Below the pieces are notes generated by a model that did no database searches, was not told where the DNA came from, and was given only the letters and a program-made list of their open reading frames with translations. A DNA stretch of 64,000 nt from an uncultured bacterium (GTDB lineage: Bacteria > RBG-13-61-14 > CAYWKU01): positions 51,831-115,830 of the forward strand of contig CAYWKU010000010.1 in the NCBI GenBank assembly GCA_964459325.1, written 5' to 3'. Both the position numbers and the translations under genes were made by a program. Positions 59,931 through 64,000 of this stretch are shown in pieces; the first letter of the stretch is position 1, and each line of letters starts with the position of its first letter.

Positions 59931-60931
59931 TGAAATATTCGACTTTTGCAGCGGTAACGGTCCTGACGGCGTTTATCCTCGGGGCTTGCGGGGTAAAAAC
60001 TTCGCCCGTGCCCCCGGAAGGCGGGCACCCGAATGTTGTAACCGACCTTGCCGCCAGAGCACGGGAGGATGGCATATTACTGCGCTGGAAAGCGCCGAAA
60101 ACCTCCCGCAAAGGGAAATTTACCGAACCCGCAGGCTTCGAGATACAACGAAGAGCCAAAGCCGCAAAAGAAGCGGCGTGGAGCGAGTATGAAACCGTAG
60201 CGGAAATTAATTACAACAAAACGATTGAAACCGTCACCTGGAAGGATACTAACGTTAATCCCGACGTCCGTTACGAATACCGGTTGGCCTCGGTGGACGA
60301 AAGCGGAGACATGGGACCATATTCCGAGACGGTAACCGCAAAGTGGGACATTCCGCCGGGCAAGCCGACCGGCCTTACCGCCGAAACCGGAAACCGCACC
60401 GTTACCCTGATGTGGAATTCGCCCGAAAAGGAAGGCGGGCCGAAAATAGAAGGTTACTATATATACCGGGCAAAGGGGGAAGCGGAAGCGAAACTCGCCA
60501 CCCCCTACGCCGTTCCGGAGACCGAGTTTTTCGACGGCGGGCTGGAAAACGGCGTCGAGTACCGCTACTTAGTCAGAGCCGCCACAGCTTCCGGCAATTT
60601 CATGATAGAAGGCCCGGCCTCGGAAACCGTGCGAACCGTGCCGGGAGATAAAATAGCACCCGCCGCTCCGGTCGGAGTGGGCGCGTTCCTCCTCGAAGAC
60701 GGGGTGAAAGTCATGTGGTGGCCGAACGAGGAAGACGACTTGAGCGGATATCACGTGTACAGAAAACATGACGGCCAGACCGAAAAGGTAACAGAAGAAC
60801 TCTTGAAAGAGCCGGGTTACATGGACAGCGCGGCGCGAAGGAATCAAACTTACACCTACACGGTCACCGCCGTGGATGATTCGGGCAACGAAAGCCCCCG
60901 CTCGGAAGCCTCTAAAATTTATGTAAAATAA
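59927..60931 (+). CDS. Fibronectin type III repeat lipoprotein
   Basis: Start trimmed to MMKYSTF (overlaps the argH stop). Lipobox ILGAC. Three FN3-like repeats (W..P......Y.IYR). Confidence 0.6.
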   Translation: MMKYSTFAAVTVLTAFILGACGVKTSPVPPEGGHPNVVTDLAARAREDGILLRWKAPKTSRKGKFTEPAGFEIQRRAKAAKEAAWSEYETVAEINYNKTIETVTWKDTNVNPDVRYEYRLASVDESGDMGPYSETVTAKWDIPPGKPTGLTAETGNRTVTLMWNSPEKEGGPKIEGYYIYRAKGEAEAKLATPYAVPETEFFDGGLENGVEYRYLVRAATASGNFMIEGPASETVRTVPGDKIAPAAPVGVGAFLLEDGVKVMWWPNEEDDLSGYHVYRKHDGQTEKVTEELLKEPGYMDSAARRNQTYTYTVTAVDDSGNESPRSEASKIYVK

Positions 60932-60948
60932 AGGGTAAAAGCAAGACC

Positions 60949-62202
60949 ATGCATCATTTTACTTACAAAGACGGGCGCATGTATTGCGAAGAAGTGCCGC
61001 TGGAGCGAATCGCTTCCGAAGTCGGCACGCCCGCCTACGTTTACAGCCGGGCAACCCTGGAAAGGCACTACAGGGCCTTCGACGAGCCCTTGAGCGCGGT
61101 CGAGCACCTGGTGTGCTTCAGCGTGAAAGCCAACTCCAACCTTGCGGTGCTGAAACTGTTTTCGGATATGGGCTCCGGATTCGACATCGTATCGGGCGGC
61201 GAACTTTACCGCGTCCGGAAAGCCGGCGGTGACCCGTCCCGGGTGGTTTATTCCGGCGTAGGCAAAACCGGCGACGAAATAAAAGCCGCCCTCCAAGCGG
61301 GCATCATGATGTTCAGCGTGGAAAGTTTTCAGGAGCTGGAGGAAATAGACCGCGTCGCGGCTTCGTCCGGCAAACGCGCCCCGGTGGCGCTCAGGATAAA
61401 CCCGGACGTCGACCCGAAAACACATCCTTACATCACCACCGGCATGCAGAAGAACAAGTTCGGCGTTGACATATCGGCGGCGCTCGACGGCTACCGCACC
61501 GCGCAATCCATGGCCAACGTGGAGCCGGTCGGGGTAACCTGCCACATCGGAAGCCAGATAGCCGACGTGCAGCCCTTCGTGGACAGCCTTAACCGGCTAA
61601 AGGAACTTGTGGGCAAGCTGCGCGACGAAAAAATGGACATCCGTTATCTCGACCTCGGCGGAGGGCTGGGAATAACCTACGAAGCCGAAGAGCCGCCTCA
61701 CCCGGGGGAATACGCCGAAGCGCTGACCTCCCATGCCGGAGACCTCGGCCTCGCCCTGGTCTTCGAGCCGGGCCGGGTAATAGTGGGTAACGCGGGGATA
61801 CTGTTGACGAAAACCCTTTACACCAAGGACACTACGAAAAAGCATTTCATCATAGTGGACGCGGCGATGAACGACCTCATACGCCCGAGCCTGTACGAGG
61901 CTTATCACAAAATACAACCGGTGAACGAGGTCGCGGAAGTTGCCGGGGAAGCGGACATTGTCGGCCCCATCTGCGAAACCGGCGATTTTCTGGCAAAGGA
62001 CAGGCCGCTGCCGGACTTTCAGCCGGGAGACCTGGTGGCGGTAATGAGCGCCGGCGCTTACGGGTTCACCATGGCCTCGAATTACAACTCACGCCCACGG
62101 CCGCCGGAGGTGATGGTGGAAGGTTCATCGTACCGGGTTATAAGGCGTCGCGAGACTTATGAAGACCTGGTGAATCCCGAGCTCGGGGCGGAGAAAAAAT
62201 GA
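60949..62202 (+). CDS. lysA: Diaminopimelate decarboxylase
   Basis: PLP-fold type III motifs (FSVKAN, GGGLGI, EPGR). Confidence 0.9.
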   Translation: MHHFTYKDGRMYCEEVPLERIASEVGTPAYVYSRATLERHYRAFDEPLSAVEHLVCFSVKANSNLAVLKLFSDMGSGFDIVSGGELYRVRKAGGDPSRVVYSGVGKTGDEIKAALQAGIMMFSVESFQELEEIDRVAASSGKRAPVALRINPDVDPKTHPYITTGMQKNKFGVDISAALDGYRTAQSMANVEPVGVTCHIGSQIADVQPFVDSLNRLKELVGKLRDEKMDIRYLDLGGGLGITYEAEEPPHPGEYAEALTSHAGDLGLALVFEPGRVIVGNAGILLTKTLYTKDTTKKHFIIVDAAMNDLIRPSLYEAYHKIQPVNEVAEVAGEADIVGPICETGDFLAKDRPLPDFQPGDLVAVMSAGAYGFTMASNYNSRPRPPEVMVEGSSYRVIRRRETYEDLVNPELGAEKK

Positions 62203-63017
62203 TTATCGAATTCACCAAAATGCACGGCGCCCTCAACGACTTCGTGATTATCGAGGACCGCGACCGGGAGATGGACGTCACGCCGGAGTTGTCTTCTTCC
62301 CTGTTGAACCGCCGCTCGGGCATCGGCGGCGACCAGTTGTTGCTGATACGCCCCTGCAAGGACGCGGACTTCGAGATGCGTATCTTCAATACCGACGGCT
62401 CCGAAGTCGAGATGTGCGGCAACGGGATAAGGTGCGCCGCCCTTTATGCCGCAAAACACGGGCTGGTAGACTCGGGCGAGATGAGCGTCAAAACGCTGGC
62501 GGGTTACGTAAAACCCGTCATCGAAGAAGACCTGGTGAGGGTGGACATGGGCCCGCCACAGTTCGACGGCCCGCTTATTCCGGTGGACATGGAGGGAGAG
62601 ATATTTAATCAACCGTTGCTCATCGAGGGTGAAAAGTTTCTCATATCCTGCGTATCACTGGGTAACCCTCACTGCGTGATTCACGTGGACGACCCGGAAA
62701 GTTTTCCCGTTTCCAGATGGGGCCCCCTGATAGAAAGACACCCCCTGTTCCCCAACAGGGTTAACGTGGAGTTCATCAGGGTACTGGACAAAAAGAACAT
62801 CAGGATGAGGGTATGGGAGCGCGGCTCGGGCGAAACCTTTGCCTGCGGCACCGGCGCCTGCGCCGCCGCCGTAATCTGCCGAAGGAAGGATTTGACCGGG
62901 AAGGAAACCACCGTGCAACTTGACGGCGGCGACCTCGTTGTGCGATGGTCTGAAAATCAGCCTGTCTACCTGATTGGCCCCGGCACTTTCGTTTTCGAGG
63001 GAAAAATTGAAATATAA
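62199..63017 (+). CDS. dapF: Diaminopimelate epimerase
   Basis: MHGALNDFV, NTDGSEVEMCGNG and CGTGACA active-site Cys motifs. Confidence 0.9.
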   Translation: MIIEFTKMHGALNDFVIIEDRDREMDVTPELSSSLLNRRSGIGGDQLLLIRPCKDADFEMRIFNTDGSEVEMCGNGIRCAALYAAKHGLVDSGEMSVKTLAGYVKPVIEEDLVRVDMGPPQFDGPLIPVDMEGEIFNQPLLIEGEKFLISCVSLGNPHCVIHVDDPESFPVSRWGPLIERHPLFPNRVNVEFIRVLDKKNIRMRVWERGSGETFACGTGACAAAVICRRKDLTGKETTVQLDGGDLVVRWSENQPVYLIGPGTFVFEGKIEI

Positions 63018-63034
63018 TGCGCGAGGAGGAGGAA

Positions 63035-63919
63035 ATGGGCGTTAAAATCGAAGGCAGCATTGTGGCCATTGTCACGCCTTTCAAGGACGGGAAAGTCGAC
63101 AAAGGGGCCTTCAGGGAGCTTATCGAGTGGCAGATACAATCCGGCGCCGACGGAATAGTCCCGTGCGGCACCACCGGCGAAAGCGCCACATTGACGATGG
63201 AGGAACACGAGCAGGTAATCGAAATATGCGTCAAGACCGTCAACAAGAGGGTACCGGTAATCGCCGGAACCGGCGCAAATTCCACCGCCGAGGCCATCCA
63301 TCTGACGAAATCCGCCGAAAAGGCCGGGGCCGACGCATCGCTCCAGGTTTCCCCCTACTACAACAAGCCCACTCAGGAGGGGCTTTACGAGCATTTCAAA
63401 CACGTGGCAGAAAGCACCGGCCTGCCCATCGTGTTGTACAACATCCAGGGGCGCACGGCGGTGAACATACTGCCCGAAACCATGGCACGGCTGGCCGAAA
63501 TAGATAACATCGTGGGCGTCAAGGAAGCCAGCGGCTCCATCTCCCAGATGGCGCAGATTATTTATTCGTGCGGCGAGGATTTCAGCGTGGTCAGCGGCGA
63601 CGACCCGATGACACTGGCTCTGCTGGCCATCGGCGGCAGGGGCGTGATAAGCGTCAGCGCCAATGTGGCGCCGACGGAAAACGCCCGGTTGTGGGATGCA
63701 TGGTGTGAAAGAAAATACGAAGAGGCAAAGGATATTTATTATAAGCTCTTCCCGCTGAACAGGGCGCTGTTCCTGGAAACCAACCCCATCCCGGCCAAGG
63801 CGGCGCTGCACTTGATGGGTAAAATCGGTCCCGAAATACGTTTGCCCATGACGCCCCTGAGCGAGCCGAACCGGGAAAAACTGCGAAATACCATGAAAGA
63901 GTTCGGGTTGCTGTCATGA
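63035..63919 (+). CDS. dapA: 4-hydroxy-tetrahydrodipicolinate synthase
   Basis: GTTGESATLT and the Y..P...K region. Start set at the Met preceded by GGAGGAGG. Confidence 0.9.
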   Translation: MGVKIEGSIVAIVTPFKDGKVDKGAFRELIEWQIQSGADGIVPCGTTGESATLTMEEHEQVIEICVKTVNKRVPVIAGTGANSTAEAIHLTKSAEKAGADASLQVSPYYNKPTQEGLYEHFKHVAESTGLPIVLYNIQGRTAVNILPETMARLAEIDNIVGVKEASGSISQMAQIIYSCGEDFSVVSGDDPMTLALLAIGGRGVISVSANVAPTENARLWDAWCERKYEEAKDIYYKLFPLNRALFLETNPIPAKAALHLMGKIGPEIRLPMTPLSEPNREKLRNTMKEFGLLS

Positions 63920-64000
63920 CAAAGGTTGCAGTTTCAGGAGTGGCGGGCAGGATGGGCGGAAACATAGCCCGCCTGGCCCACCGGGCCTCCGACCTGGAGC
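63916..64000 (+). CDS. dapB: 4-hydroxy-tetrahydrodipicolinate reductase, N-terminal fragment
   Basis: MTKVAVSGVAGRMGGNI NAD-binding N-terminus. Overlaps the dapA stop and is truncated by the window end. Confidence 0.7.
   Translation, partial: MTKVAVSGVAGRMGGNIARLAHRASDLE

Noticed and set aside
1-64000. Mobile elements, integrases, prophage genes, tRNA/rRNA genes
   Set aside because: No transposase, integrase, phage structural or rRNA signature was found in any frame, and no convincing tRNA cloverleaf in the intergenic regions. The AT-rich islands are therefore described only as compositional anomalies.

Overview
This 64-kb window looks like a chromosomal segment from a moderately GC-rich bacterium, with no transposase, integrase or CRISPR array visible. 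The gene content resembles a deltaproteobacterial or sulfate-reducer-type lineage: sigma-54 controlled type IV pilin with PilR/PilS, EtfAB next to a TetR regulator, B12-dependent radical SAM enzymes, DUF362, an ArsA/Get3-like ATPase and a short-form MetH.

Gene order, start to end:
- DUF362 Fe-S protein.
- zapB-like and zapA, then a 300-nt gap (candidate 6S RNA), then 5-formyl-THF cyclo-ligase and RNase Y.
- A 290-nt cluster of seven GC-rich hairpins and a secreted Asp-rich lipoprotein.
- A LolA-like lipoprotein followed by an outer-membrane beta-barrel.
- A PilZ protein, a perfect 119-bp direct repeat present twice, then pilA with a textbook sigma-54 promoter, pilR and a pilS-like kinase.
- A rhomboid-TPR protein whose catalytic residues appear to be missing.
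- TetR and etfBA.
- A PHP protein, a lidless Hsp70 with a J-domain/TPR partner, and a B12 radical SAM enzyme.
- An SDR, lipB, a 902-aa MCP, and a citrate-synthase-like / SucD-like / ferredoxin trio.
- A roughly 19-kb glycan locus (31.3-50.4 kb): GT4 x2, WecA-like, UGM-like, AsnB-like, NTP-transferase plus CDP-alcohol transferase, epimerase, a second B12 radical SAM, two Wzy_C-TPR proteins and an ABC-2 transporter. A 6.5-kb AT-rich patch sits inside it.
- An unannotated bS22-like mini-ORF, metH, murI.
- A lower-GC PstI/BsuBI-like type II R-M pair.
- ArsA-like plus HIT.
- argH, an FN3 lipoprotein, lysA, dapF, dapA, and the start of dapB.

The items I rate most worth follow-up are the 119-bp twin repeat, the REP-like GACAAGGG..TTAAG..CCCTTGTC hairpin family, the bS22-like mini-ORF, the citryl-CoA-lyase-like/SucD-like/ferredoxin module without a beta subunit, the lidless Hsp70 plus J/TPR pair, the candidate rhomboid pseudoprotease, and the phospho-alcohol/B12-rSAM glycan chemistry.

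I found no single complete system that I can call novel with confidence. All functional calls come from motifs I read in the translations; none has been checked against a database.
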